From Blastocladiella emersonii ATCC 22665 (Eukaryota; Fungi; Blastocladiomycota), in NCBI GenBank assembly GCA_025594325.1, contig JANHCV010000007.1:124001-188000 (forward strand): a stretch of 64,000 bases of DNA. The letters are read 5' to 3'. The notes beneath the pieces are model-generated. The model saw only the letters and a list, made by a program, of their open reading frames with translations, did no database searches and had not been told where the DNA came from. Position 1 is the stretch's first letter. The number at the start of each line of letters is the position of its first letter. Below are positions 36,581 through 48,065 of this stretch, one piece after another. A program made the translations under genes and the position numbers.

Positions 36581-37217
36581 TGTAGATGCGTAGAGTGGTT
36601 CGGGAGCTTGGGGAGAAGGTCGCGATGCGGGAGCGAGAGCGCGGGCGCGGGGGCGGCGGCGCTCTTTATAGCGGCGGGCCCACGCTGATGCTCGGGTGGC
36701 AACTCCAGCCGGCGAACGGCGCCGACCAAACGCGTGGGGCGGCGGACCCGTCAAGCTCACGTGCGCATGGCGTGTGACGTCACCTCGCGTTCGGCGGTGA
36801 TGTGATCCCTGATCCCTGCTGCCGCCGCTGAACGAGTTGGGAAGGTGGCGGTTGGACGTCGTATAGTCCCGGCTCGTCTTTTGGGGACAGCCAACGGCGG
36901 GGCCTGGTACACGCGCCGTGGAGGAGCATGGACATGGCGGAGGACGCGTTGATCATCGCGGCGTGATCGCGCGACAGCGACGAACCCTGGGCTTCGGGTT
37001 CAGAGAAACCTCGCGGCCGCCGAAAGATCACATCAAGGCCAATCGAAGGTGCAGACACGCGTGTACCGCCGCGGGAGACATTGTGTTCGCGACGCGATTC
37101 GGTCCACAGATGGCATGGGCATCCTCGCGCGCTCGCCCTCCAATGCACCTCATTCACACATGTAACAAAGCACCACTCCCTGAAACTCGCATGTAACCTG
37201 TCCCCGAAGCCGCGACC

Positions 37218-39098
37218 ATGGCCGGCTACACGCTCGACGACCGCGAGGCCCGCTTCTTCGTGTGGTCCACCGTGGTCGGCGTCGCGTTCGCGGTCCTCTA
37301 CGTCGCCATGACCGTGCACATCCTGCGCAGCTCGACCGAGTCGGGCAGCGGCAACACTCACCGCCCGCTCTCGGCGCTCGGCCGCGGCGGGTCGTCGTCG
37401 TCCAGCACGAAGAAGAAGCAGCGCGGCGCGTTGCGGCAAGCGCTCAAACGGTTCTTCCGGTCGCTGACGGGCGCATCATCCTCGCGCGCCCGCGCGTCCC
37501 GGCGGCGAAGCGGGTCTGCGGTTCGCCGGTTCTGGCGCCGCGTCGACCTGCGGACCAAGCTGATCGCGCTCGCCGCCGTGTGCTACTTTGCGAGCGTGCT
37601 CAACGACCTCTCCGCGCTCCTCAGCCCGCGGTTCCCGTACGTCGACATGACCGCGTACAGCATCGTGCGGGCCATCTTCTTCATCCCGCTCGCCCCGCTC
37701 TCGGCCATGATCATGACCCAGCGCATCATGATCATCCTGTTCAAGTCGCAGGAGACGCGCGACCGCGTCTGGACCGGCGTCCTCGCCACCAGCGTCGTGA
37801 TCCACACCTTCACCTTCGTCGCGACCCTCGTCACCGTGGTCGAGCTCAACCGCACCCACGCGTGGGCCACGTACGGCGGGCGGATCTGGATCACCGCGCC
37901 CAACTTCATCTACCCCGTCTACGCCCTGATCGCGACCGTCTACACACTGCGAATCGCGTTTGCCCACTCGCACATTACCGTCAACGTCGCGCCCGTCTCG
38001 GCGTCGGTCGCGAGCAGCAGCGTCACGGCGGCGGCCTCGAGACAAACGGCAGCAGCGCCGACCTCATCCTCGCTTAGCAGCGACCAATCGGGCGGCTCTG
38101 AGTCGGCCTCGTTGCCGAGCGCGTCCGACTCGGCGGCCTCGACCGCAGCGGGCGCCGCGTCCCCAACGGCCAGCTCGGTGCTTGCCGTTCCGCTCAAGGA
38201 GTCGCGACGCTCGAGCGCGCCGAAACCTGGCCCGTCGCTCTCCATCTCGATCCCATCCAGCTCGACCTCGTCCGCTCTGTCGACGCCCGTAGACACGGTA
38301 TCGCGCCCAACGACCCCGCTCCTCTCGCGCGTCGGGACTCTCATCCGCTCAAACGGCGCCGCGCCCGCAGCCCCACCACCACCTGCACACCAGGAACAGC
38401 AGCAGCAGCGCAAGCGGTCCGTGTCAATTCGGTCCGTGACCGCGCGCATCGCGCCCTCGACGCTCGGCGGCGACACGTCGACATTGCGCCGTCCGCGATC
38501 GCAGAGCGAGGGCGGCGCGCGCAACACGCTGCAGGTGTCGCTGACGTGGACCTTCAAGCTGCTGTCGGTAACATACGTCCTGGTGTGGGTCGCGTACGGG
38601 ATCCTGGTCATGGAATCCGCCATCTTCACGATCCTGCTGCGGTACTCGACGTCGGCGGCCGTCGTCGGGCCCGCGTTCATCGTCGAGGCCCTGTTCCGCC
38701 AGCTCGTCCAGGCGCGCCGACGTACCGCGTCGCGCAAGGCGAGTGTTGGCGCGCCGGCGGCACCCGCGGCGAACACGGGCGCGGCGGTGTCCGTGACGAG
38801 CAACCCCGGCGGCGCGGTCCAGTTGCAGCAGCAGCAGCAGTCGGGCAAGCTTGGTCCGGGCGGCGGCGGCGGTGGCGGAGCGGGGCAGAAGTTTATGATG
38901 TCGGCCGAGATGCTCGAGGACGACGCGCACTTTATCGGGTCGGCGATCGGGTTCGACGAGGAGCACGGCGTCGTCACATCTGGGCCTGACGAGGGCGCTG
39001 CAGAACCTCCGCCGATAGTAGGCGCGCGAGACGACGTGGCCATCGAGTTCGCCTCGGCCACGAGTCTCGACAAGAGCTCACCCGGGCCTGATCGATAG
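37218..39098 (+). CDS. Orphan seven-transmembrane protein with a long loop between TM5 and TM6 (GPCR-like topology)
   Basis: Intronless 626-aa ORF with seven hydrophobic segments counted by eye and a Ser/Pro-rich loop of roughly 180 aa. Confidence 0.7.
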   Translation: MAGYTLDDREARFFVWSTVVGVAFAVLYVAMTVHILRSSTESGSGNTHRPLSALGRGGSSSSSTKKKQRGALRQALKRFFRSLTGASSSRARASRRRSGSAVRRFWRRVDLRTKLIALAAVCYFASVLNDLSALLSPRFPYVDMTAYSIVRAIFFIPLAPLSAMIMTQRIMIILFKSQETRDRVWTGVLATSVVIHTFTFVATLVTVVELNRTHAWATYGGRIWITAPNFIYPVYALIATVYTLRIAFAHSHITVNVAPVSASVASSSVTAAASRQTAAAPTSSSLSSDQSGGSESASLPSASDSAASTAAGAASPTASSVLAVPLKESRRSSAPKPGPSLSISIPSSSTSSALSTPVDTVSRPTTPLLSRVGTLIRSNGAAPAAPPPPAHQEQQQQRKRSVSIRSVTARIAPSTLGGDTSTLRRPRSQSEGGARNTLQVSLTWTFKLLSVTYVLVWVAYGILVMESAIFTILLRYSTSAAVVGPAFIVEALFRQLVQARRRTASRKASVGAPAAPAANTGAAVSVTSNPGGAVQLQQQQQSGKLGPGGGGGGGAGQKFMMSAEMLEDDAHFIGSAIGFDEEHGVVTSGPDEGAAEPPPIVGARDDVAIEFASATSLDKSSPGPDR

Positions 39099-39282
39099 CT
39101 CATGAATAAATCGTTTATCCGCGAGCGAAGAAGCGCAGAGCGCGTGACAGGCGTGCCAGACAGGTGAAACGCGACGCGTCCGCGACCCACGCGATCGCGT
39201 CCGCCGCCAAACTTCGCCTCCGGCGCACAAGCAAGCGCCGCTCGCTACCCCCGCCCAATGCCAGCCTCATGCACCCCATACA

Positions 39283-41669
39283 ATGAAACCCGATCGAGCT
39301 GCTGGCCAGCTCAAGGTCACGACCGGGCCCGCGCGACCGACGACTGTCGCGGGCACCGCGCCGGCCAGCCCCTCGGCGACGTCTGCGCTCGCGGCGGGAA
39401 CGCATCACCACCAGTCAACGACGTCTGGACCGGGCCACCCGCATGGCCGAGGACGAAACCGCGCGCCGCCCGCGTGGTTCCGCGGCCTCTCGCGGCTACT
39501 GCACCTCGGACCCGCGGCGACCTCGTTCCTCGTCATCTTCACCACGGTCGTCGCGACGACGGCCGCATGTAACGCGTGGGGCATCGCCATCGGGCAGGCG
39601 TCGCCCGTCCTCGGTGCCACGGGGAACCCGACCACGAATATCGGGATTGCGGGCCGCGCCGCGTTCCTTGCCGTCTACTGGGGTTTGATGGGTCTCATCT
39701 GCCAGAAGCACTTTACGACCGTGTTCCCCGCGCTCCGGCTGCAGCGACGACAGCGCGCTGCCAAGAAGGCCGGGTCTCGGCGCCGGTCGGTCGCGAGCAC
39801 CCTGAGCTCGCGCGGCGGCGGGTGCGGCGCATGGATGCGGTCTGTGACGTGGAGCTTGCTCATGCTCGCGGTCAGCATGGCTGTCACCGTGGCCAGGATG
39901 GCGCTGGCGGTCACGACGTTGCTGGCGCCCACCGCCCTGCTCATGGGTCCGATTGACGTGGTGTTCGGTACGCGACTCTCCTTGATCCAGCTCGGCCACG
40001 ATGGCTAACAACGACTGTCGACACAGAGCGCTTCACGTTCGGGTGGGTCTGCATCGCGATGCCCGTCGCGTACAAGGTGCTCGTGTACCAGGCGCTGCCG
40101 GCCGACTACAAGTCGCTCGCGGCGCCGTGGTCGCCGCTGTTCATCCTGCTCGCCGTCACCTTTTTCGGGTGGATCTTCAACTCGATGCGCATCGCCGCGG
40201 GCCTGTTCATCCTCCTCGTCGGCGCCGTGCTGGCCATCGTGTTCACGTTCCTCTGGATCAACTACCACCTGCGCAAGAACACGATGCTAAGGATCCGCGG
40301 GCATATCGATCTCGCGTATTTCTTCTTTGGCGGTACGGTGCCCCTCGCGTTGACGTTACGAGTAGACACTGACATCCGCGATCGTAGGCTTCTTCCTCCT
40401 CCGCGCCGTGAGCACGGTCGCCGACATGCTGCCGCTCTACTTCCGCAGCCTGCTGGTGGGCCGGCTCGGCGCCGTGTACCAGCTCGTGGCCCCGACGCTG
40501 TTCGGGATCATCATGGCCTCGGCCACGTTCCTCATCGAGTCGGCTATCCCCGCCGTGTTCCCGCGCCATCCCGACTTTTGGATGTCGTTTTCGTTCCGGG
40601 TACGCTTTTGGGAAACCGCCATCACACGACCCCGGCTAACGTGTCCGCGGTGTAGCTCGCGCAAGAAATGCTCGTGACCGCCATCTCGTACCTGTCGCTC
40701 GACACGCTCGAGAGCACCGCCGTGTACTGCGCCTTCACCGCCGTCTCGATCGTGGTCCAGGACTGCGGCCTGATCGGCGACTCGCTCGTCGCGTGGCGGC
40801 ACCGGACCTGGTGGCCGTACACCGAATCGCCCGCCCCCGCGCCTGTCACGCTGCCCAAGTGCGAGTCGGACCTCCCGCCGTCGCCCGTGAGCTGCGACAC
40901 GCAGGCGCCCATGGTCACGTCAAGCGGGGGCGGGCGGACGCGCAGCGAGGAAACCCTGTCGATCCCGCGCGCGTACTCGTCCGCGTCCGGCGCACCACCA
41001 CCACCCTCACGCCCCTCGACCTCGTCGCCCGAGCTCTTCAGCCCGGTACACGAGACGCTGGTGACGCAGCTCGCGGTGCAGCTCGAGCGGTCGCAGCACA
41101 ACCTGGCGGCGCGCGCGGCGACGCTCGCGAGCTTCATTGTCCTGTACCTGATGCCGCCCAACCCGCTCGCAAGGCTGTGGACGCAGACGCGCGACCGGAC
41201 GTCGACGCTCGTGATTGTTGCCATCACGGCCACGTCGCTCGGGGTGTGGCTGGTCGTCGTGTTGCCGGTCCTGCTGTGGAAGCTCGCGTGGGCGAGGCGG
41301 CAGCGGGTCGGGCACCGGATGCGCACGGCGGCGTCGTATGGAGGTGCCGGCGGGTCGAGGAGCAGCGACTCCGCGCTCGCGTCGGCGGCCGGGTCGTCGA
41401 GCATCGCGGCCGAGGGCGCGGCCGACGCCGGCATCGCGCGCACCGTGTCGTCGGCGACCACCAAGTCGTCGTCGGTGCGTCCGCTGACGGGCGGGACGGT
41501 GCCGCGGGCGCCGCAGCCGGCGGACACGGGCCCGCTGGTCGTCGACACGCCGTACGCGCCGCTCCCGCTCGCGCTGTGGCAGTCGAGTCTCGGGTCGAGC
41601 ATCCACCCGTCGCTCGTGTGGCTGCTGCTGGTGTTCACCGTGTGCATGATCTTTGGACCGCTGAATTGA
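39283..41669 (+). CDS. Hypothetical polytopic membrane protein (about 13-14 TM segments), with three introns
   Basis: ORFs 39283.., 40059.., 40408.. and 40668..41669 join in frame through GTACGC/GTACGG...YAG introns near 39968, 40334 and 40600. The start is uncertain. Confidence 0.65.
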
Positions 41670-41719
41670 ACCTGATACACGTATTTATTAACCAAACTAG
41701 AAACTGTACCCCCGCAAAA

Positions 41720-42454
41720 TCACTGCTTCTTGCTGCCACTGAGCTTCTCGGCCATCTCAATCTGCTTGACGGGGTCGAACGCGTCGAGCGAGAGGTCCGT
41801 GTCGCGGGCGCCGAGCTTGAAGGTAGCCTTCTCCTTGATCTTGCGCTGCTTGCGCAGCCACTTGCGGTACGCGGCGAACGACGTGACCGTCTGGCCGTAG
41901 TAGTCGTACAGCTGGATCCCGCCGGGCGACGCCAGCGACGCGTCGGCGCGGTGCTTCTGGATGCGCCGGTAGAACTCCTTGTCGAGCACGTCCATCTTCT
42001 TGGCCTTGGCCGAGTTGAACATGCGCCACGTCGCCTCGAGCGTCGTCGGCGTCATGGTCGCCGCGATCGCGCCGAGGGCAACGGCGGCGCCACCCACGAC
42101 GAAGGGGGACTCGATACCCAACAGCTGCTCGGTCGGATCAAACTCGTACGACGCCGCGAAATACATGGACGCCCCGAAGAAGGACAGCGGGCTGCCCACG
42201 AACGTGAACACCTGGTTCCGAAGACGCATCGACTTGCGCTCGGCCAGGTACTCGGCCCACGTCATGGGCTTCGCGGCCGGCGTTGGTGGCGCAGCAGCAG
42301 TGGCGGCAGCGGGCTGCGCGGGAGCAGCGGCAGCGGCAGCAGCAGCAGCAGCGTCCGTGGACTGGAAGCGGGCAGCAAGTGAAGCCGAGGCGGCGGCGGG
42401 CCGAGGGGCCAGCGCGGCGGTCGTCGCAGCCAGGCGGCGGAGCGGGTTCAGCAT
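41720..42454 (-). CDS. PAM17: Mitochondrial presequence translocase-associated motor subunit Pam17
   Basis: Has a presequence, MTWAEYLAERK, two TM helices, KEFYRRIQKHRAD and YDYYGQTVTSFAAYRKWLRKQR. Confidence 0.85.
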   Translation of the reverse strand: MLNPLRRLAATTAALAPRPAAASASLAARFQSTDAAAAAAAAAAPAQPAAATAAAPPTPAAKPMTWAEYLAERKSMRLRNQVFTFVGSPLSFFGASMYFAASYEFDPTEQLLGIESPFVVGGAAVALGAIAATMTPTTLEATWRMFNSAKAKKMDVLDKEFYRRIQKHRADASLASPGGIQLYDYYGQTVTSFAAYRKWLRKQRKIKEKATFKLGARDTDLSLDAFDPVKQIEMAEKLSGSKKQ

Positions 42455-42779
42455 GGCGTTGATTACGTTGCAGCGAGTGTGGGGTGGGTCGCGAGGACGG
42501 ATTGGGGTGCAAGAGGAGGCCGAGCCCAGAGAGAGTGATCGGCAGCGTGTTGGCCGAAGCGCCGCGGCATCGGCTGACCGCGGCGCCACTTCTCTCGGCC
42601 GTCCTCGCTGTCCACCGTGGCCATCAAGTCCGCCTGGTGGCCATGGCCATCGTCAACTCAAAGCTGACTCAAGGCCGCCAGCAGCCAACACACGCACAAG
42701 AGACAAGGGAGATGGTTTAGAGAGCCGTGTGGGCAGAGCAAAAACATATACTAAATACACGAAGTGGGGGAGGGACACC

Positions 42780-44303
42780 TTACTCCTTGCTCGACTTCTT
42801 GGCCTTCTTCTCCGACTTCTCCTTCTTGGGCTTCTCGGACTTCTCCTTCTTGGGCTTCTCCGACTTGGCCTTCTTGGCCGCGGGCGCCGCCTCCTCGGCG
42901 GTCGCCTCCTCGGGGGTAGCGGGCTCGACCTCCTCGTGCTTGCGCTTGTTGGCGGCAGGGGCAGCAGCGGCGGCGGGCTTGGTGAAGTCCGAGGCGGGGT
43001 TGTAGGCGCGCTGGGCGGCGGCGGGCTTCTCGTACTTGGTCTGCTTCTTGTTGAAGCCGGCGCCCGAGACGCGGCCGGTGCCGCGGGCCTCGAGGTCGCG
43101 CAGGCGCTTCTCGACGGCGGCGCGGGCCTCGATACCGAGCTGCGACGAGGGCGTCGCGTCCTCGGACAGGGCGTCGACGCGGATCGACAGGGCGGCCTTG
43201 GTGGCGAGAACGCGGGCGACCTTTCCCTTGTTCTTGCCCGAGGCCTGGCCGACGACACCGGCGTGGAACAGCAGACCGTACTTGGGCGTGTCCTTCTTGG
43301 TCTTGAGGGCGCGGAACAGGGCCTTCTCGGCGCCGAGGATCTGGATCGTCGAGGCCGGGTGCTTGGCCAGAGTCATGAGCGAGCCGGCGTGGGCGATGAG
43401 GCGGGCGCCGACGAGCTCGCCGACGAGGGCCGTCAGGTTCGGGGCGATCGCGTTCATGCGGGCACCGAGGTACGAGAAGAGCTGGGTGCGGTACGTGTGC
43501 AGGTGGATGACCTGGTCGCACAGGGCGCGGATGTTGAACAGATCCTCGTCCGAGATCTCGGTACCCATGGAGATCTCGGCCGCCTCGCGGATCTCCTGCT
43601 CGAGCTCCTCGGGGAGCACGGCGGCCAGGTTGGCCGTCGACGCGGCGGTGCGGAAGCCCATGGTGGCCACGACCTTGGCGTAGGCCACGTTGTCGACAAT
43701 GATCTTGGCCATCTCGGGGAAGTGCCAGCCGTACCACTCCTTGACGCGCATCGCGTACGTGTTGAGCTCCTTGTCGAGGTCGTCGAGGAGGCCGACGGCC
43801 TGCACGATCATGGTGTCGACCTTGTCGGGCGAGAACTTGAGCATGTAGCGCGACAGCGAGTGCGACAGACCGAGCGCCATGTTGCTCATGTCGCGCGCGG
43901 GCAGGCCCTGGATCAGCGCCTCGAGCTGCGACCGGATCCCGCGGAACAGCTCGTTGACCGTGGCGTTGACGGGCATCACGTTGATGCCGAGCTTCTTGGA
44001 CACCTCCGACGCCAGCTTGACGTCGCAGATGGCCAGCGTGTCGGTGACCTTGGCGTCGACAATCTCCTTCTGCAGCATCTTCTTGAGCGACTTGGAGATC
44101 TTGGACTCGACGAGCGCCGTCGCTGCCGACAGCGCATCGGCCGTGTTCTCGAACTTGGCGAAGGCAGCGAGCTTCACGTTCTTGGCCGCGAGCTCGGCCG
44201 ACGCAAAGTGGTTCTGGATCTCATCGGGCTTGGCCAGCTTGGAGTCGTCCAGGACGCGGAACAGGGCGTAGCCGGCGGGCGTCTCGAAGAGCACGAGAAC
44301 CAT
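42780..44303 (-). CDS. NOP58: Box C/D snoRNP protein Nop58
   Basis: Motifs MVLVLFETPAGYALF, GLSHSLSRYMLKFSPDKVDTMIVQA, GAEKALFRALKTKKDTPKYGLL and a KKEK-rich tail. Confidence 0.95.
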   Translation of the reverse strand: MVLVLFETPAGYALFRVLDDSKLAKPDEIQNHFASAELAAKNVKLAAFAKFENTADALSAATALVESKISKSLKKMLQKEIVDAKVTDTLAICDVKLASEVSKKLGINVMPVNATVNELFRGIRSQLEALIQGLPARDMSNMALGLSHSLSRYMLKFSPDKVDTMIVQAVGLLDDLDKELNTYAMRVKEWYGWHFPEMAKIIVDNVAYAKVVATMGFRTAASTANLAAVLPEELEQEIREAAEISMGTEISDEDLFNIRALCDQVIHLHTYRTQLFSYLGARMNAIAPNLTALVGELVGARLIAHAGSLMTLAKHPASTIQILGAEKALFRALKTKKDTPKYGLLFHAGVVGQASGKNKGKVARVLATKAALSIRVDALSEDATPSSQLGIEARAAVEKRLRDLEARGTGRVSGAGFNKKQTKYEKPAAAQRAYNPASDFTKPAAAAAPAANKRKHEEVEPATPEEATAEEAAPAAKKAKSEKPKKEKSEKPKKEKSEKKAKKSSKE

Positions 44304-44458
44304 GGCGATAAGTGTAAGTGGGGGGTTACGGGTCGTGACGAGGTTCAAGCAGCGGTGGGGCGGAGGAGAAAAAAGCAGGTCGGGCGCAGCGTGGGCGGCG
44401 GCGGTCGGTCGGGCGGTCGCAGCCAAAAGAACCAGAGTGCGGTTTTGGTCCCACCGTT

Positions 44459-44471
44459 ATCACGTGATTGG
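44459..44471. promoter_or_regulatory. Palindromic E-box ATCACGTGAT overlapping a CCAAT box, about 160 bp upstream of NOP58
   Basis: The motif is directly visible; function is inferred only. Confidence 0.3.
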
Positions 44472-45466
44472 AAACCACGCGCTTTTCGACTTGCGCTCAC
44501 ACAGCCGGGCGGCTGCCTTCAGCTCGCTCTCCATCGACCCTGTGTCCATGAACCGCAATGAAAGCTCCATGAAACATGCTGTCCGCGCCGAGAATTTCGC
44601 CCCAGTCAAGTCAGCCTGTCACGACCCGCGCTTGCTCGGCTTGTAATGCGTGTCGAACGCCGGCCGCGGCACGGACTGGCCCTTGCACTTGATGCTTCCC
44701 GTTCTGGGCAGTCGAGACGTGCCACGATCGCCCCTACGGTGGCCTGTGACATGTCCTAGGCCGGCGTCGGCGGTGGACCGGCTGCGCGCGAGCACGTCAG
44801 GTCTGCGCCCGTGATCGAGCGCTCGCGCTCTTCGTGGTTCACATCGTCGTCGCCGTTGCTTGCCTTCTGCTGGATCGTGCGAAGCACCGCGGCATGGATG
44901 TTGACGGGGCGGCCCGCTTGCGCGCGCTTCCTGTCACTTACTCCCGCGCAGGCTCATGGGCCATCCGCCTGTTGCGGAGGGACTGCTCAGCCGGCTTGAG
45001 AACCCTCCTCTCTCCACGTACTCAAATATTGCTTTTATGCCCATGGACCCCGGCGCAGCAGTCGGCGGCTGGTTCTCCTGATCTCGCTGCCCGCTCAAGT
45101 CACTGCCATCAACACGCGGGTACTGCTCGAGGACGGATCTTTCCACGCGCGAACGATGCCTGGTGTCGAGCTCTGCTTCACTACCGCCGCAACGACCGCA
45201 CTCGCGCGACTACCCGGTCCGCTCACGATGCTCAAGTCCTTCCTGCTCTCACACCGTCACTCATTCTTTCACCTTGTTCTTGGAACTTGCATCAGTGTAC
45301 CTGTCTTGATGTTCGCGTCCGCGACCCTGGCAACCCCACTGACAACGAGTACCCTGCTCATTACATGAAACTCGAGAGCGTGCTTGGTCACCGCGAAAAA
45401 CCATGATGCACACCGGGAGAGAAAACCATACGTTGATGATAGATACTCTGGTCCTGCTTTCACTAC

Positions 45467-46009
45467 TTAGCGCTGAGTCGCCATTGCCTTGCGCGCTTGG
45501 AGCGGCGAGTAGATAGGGCGAAGGCTACGCGTCAGCCAGTCCGTGGGGTTCGCGTCAGCTTCAGGCGGATAGATCCGTGCTGCGACGACGTACACCACAG
45601 CAAAGGGCGAGCCCTGAGACCACCATCCCGCCATGATGTGAAGCGCGTCCTCGGCCGCTGGGTCAACAAACTGGTTCGCCCTGCGCGCCGACTCAAGCGA
45701 GGCGTGCACCGCGTCGAACGCGGCGTGGTACCGCGCCAAGGCGGCCTTGACCACCTCAGCGGCAGCCCACTCGACGGTCCGCGCCAGGTCCGCGTCGGTC
45801 AGCTTGCGGGCCCCACGGACGCGGAACATCCGCGCAGCGTCCACATCCAGAATGGACCGGATGAACTCCAGGCCCCTGGGATGGCTCAGGCCGGCGTCGT
45901 AGTCGATTCCACGCGTGCCGATCGAGCCGCGAATCAGGGCGTACTTGGCCGGGTCAAGGTCGTAGGGGTCGACGCCCGTGGCGGCAGCGCGCGTCGGTTG
46001 TGCGGCCAT
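45467..46009 (-). CDS. Hypothetical 180-aa protein in a compositionally distinct island
   Basis: Protein-like ORF starting MAAQPTRAAATGVDPYDLDPAKYALIRG. No family recognised. Confidence 0.5.
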   Translation of the reverse strand: MAAQPTRAAATGVDPYDLDPAKYALIRGSIGTRGIDYDAGLSHPRGLEFIRSILDVDAARMFRVRGARKLTDADLARTVEWAAAEVVKAALARYHAAFDAVHASLESARRANQFVDPAAEDALHIMAGWWSQGSPFAVVYVVAARIYPPEADANPTDWLTRSLRPIYSPLQARKAMATQR

Positions 46010-46747
46010 GACTGGTGGTCTAGTGATGATGACCGTGATCTTGTGAGCAGCAGCTGAAGGCGATGGTCGAGCCCCGCGTACTCGACCGGGTCGAGTTTGG
46101 CGGGGTCCGCGCCCGTAGTGGCGGTAGCTCGAGTGTGTTGAGCGGAGGTGGTCAAGATGCTCAACGCGCTCAAGAAGATTATGCCAGACTTGCTGGTCAT
46201 ATATACCGATCTGGATGTGCCAGCGACACACAGTGGTTCCTCCTCGGCGTGTCCCCCTGCCGTTCCTGTTTCTTCCCGTTTTCTCGCTCTTCAAGATGCT
46301 CGCATCCGTCACCGCGACTTGGTGCCACCAAGGCGTACATCGTGGCGAAAGCGCCCTTTTGCGATGATCAAGCCGGTGGCGAGCTGTTGCGCGAAGATCT
46401 GACAGGTCAAAATGCTTACTCGTGGCACTAAGTTGCCAGCAAGCTGGCCAAGGGACCGTTGAGCGAGCGGCTCGACCACCGTGGCCGTTGGAAAGCCGAT
46501 TGATCCTGCAAGTTCAGCTTCGCTACAAGCTCTCGAATCCGTTGCCGTTGCGTTGTTCAACTTGTTCGAGTTGTAACCCGTTGAGATTGTTCCGCGACGC
46601 GGTCAGCAGCTGATGGTCGTGCTGATGCGCGACCGGTTCCGTCCACACGCGGGCCTCGGAGCGCAGCGAGAGAGTGTTGGCGACTAAGGCATTAGAAATG
46701 TATCAACAACGTAGGGGGGAGGGCAATGACGGGAGCGCGGTGCACAC

Positions 46748-47563
46748 TCAGACAGCGTGGTGCTGGTTCTTGATCTTGGGGATCTTCTTGTCGGCGGGCT
46801 TGATGGCTGGGTCGACGTTGACGAGGTGGAGGGTGCGCTTGACCTTGACGACGGAGCGTGGGCGGCCGAAGCGGTCCGTGTCGTTGAGGGGCTCGGTCCA
46901 GACCTTCTTTTCGACGCGGATCTCCTGGTGCTTGGCGGGGAATTTCTGCTCCTCGTAGCCGGTGGGGAGGAAGGGGAGGCGGGCGACCTTGGCGAGCTTG
47001 GACTCGACCTTGCCGAGGGCGCGCATCTTGCGCTGCAGCTCGGACAGGGTGTCCTCGGAGAAGATGCGGCGGGGCGGGCGGTTGCCGGGCACGGCAATGG
47101 GGGCGGTGGTGCCCTGGATGGCGCGCTCCTGGTCGCGCAGGTCCTTGAGCTTACGGCGCAGGGCGGGCAGCTCCTGCTTGGACATTTCGAGCTTGGTGTC
47201 GCCGGGGGCGTCCACGTACTCGAGGATGGCCATGGGCGACGAGTCGACGCGGTCGCGGCCGCACTTGATGATGCGCGTGTAGCCGCCGGGGCGGGCCGCG
47301 TACCGCGCGGCCATCTGGTCGAACAGCTTGGGCACGGTGAAGGCGGTCTGGAACAGGTAGCCGGACGCCTGGACGCGGGCCTGCGGCGTGCCCTTCTTGG
47401 CCAGCGTCACCATCTTGTCGGCGATGGCCTGGGCCTCCTTGGCCTTGGGCAGCGTGGTGCGGATGCGGTCGTGCAGCACCAGCGACGACACCAGGTTGCG
47501 CAGCAGCGCGCGGCGGTGCGGGCTGTCGCGGCCGAGCTTGCGTTGGGCGAGGCCGTGGCGCAT
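46748..47563 (-). CDS. MRPL17: Mitochondrial ribosomal protein bL17m with a fungal-type C-terminal extension
   Basis: Reads MRHGLAQRKLGRDSPHRRALLRNLVSSLVLHDRIRTTLPKAKE and RPGGYTRI. Confidence 0.95.
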   Translation of the reverse strand: MRHGLAQRKLGRDSPHRRALLRNLVSSLVLHDRIRTTLPKAKEAQAIADKMVTLAKKGTPQARVQASGYLFQTAFTVPKLFDQMAARYAARPGGYTRIIKCGRDRVDSSPMAILEYVDAPGDTKLEMSKQELPALRRKLKDLRDQERAIQGTTAPIAVPGNRPPRRIFSEDTLSELQRKMRALGKVESKLAKVARLPFLPTGYEEQKFPAKHQEIRVEKKVWTEPLNDTDRFGRPRSVVKVKRTLHLVNVDPAIKPADKKIPKIKNQHHAV

Positions 47564-48065
47564 GGTGGATTTGGCGGTGGGAGGCGATCAGGCGGGTAGG
47601 GGGGCGACCGCGGGCAGAGGAGGTGCGGCGGGACGGTCGGGGCGCGTTGCAGGCAGTCGCGGCGCGGGTTACAGCTACGTGGTGGGCTCAAGATGCATCC
47701 GTTGCGGTGAGTGGAGGTGATCGAGCGGGCCGGCGAGTCAAGCGAATTGTTGCTGGGCGGTCGCGTGACGTGATCAGCCCTATCCCGAGAGGACATCCCG
47801 ATGGGGCGAATGCCGCTATTCTGCAAGCGCGGGTCAAGGCGCGGCGCTGGGCGCGGCGCCACAGTCGCGCGCGGCGTTCCGGCATTTCGCAAATCCCCAT
47901 CCCCAGCACTTTTTGTTCGGCGCCGTCGGTCTGGCCCCGGTCTGCTGCCTCGGCGGTCGCCGCGGGCGATCCTCTCTCTCGCAGAGTGCTGCCGATCGAC
48001 GTCGACGACGCCCCTCCCTCTCCTTGCTGCAACGTAACTTGGCCCTCCTTGCACACATCATTACC

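Noticed and set aside
45015-45045. MGIKAIFEYV resembling an XPG/FEN1 nuclease N-terminus
   Set aside because: Only about 10 residues match, the frame stops soon after, and no acidic catalytic motifs were seen.
46148-46240. LKKIMPDLLVIYTD resembling delta-aminolevulinate dehydratase
   Set aside because: The metal-binding CxC...HC residues and the rest of the enzyme are absent.
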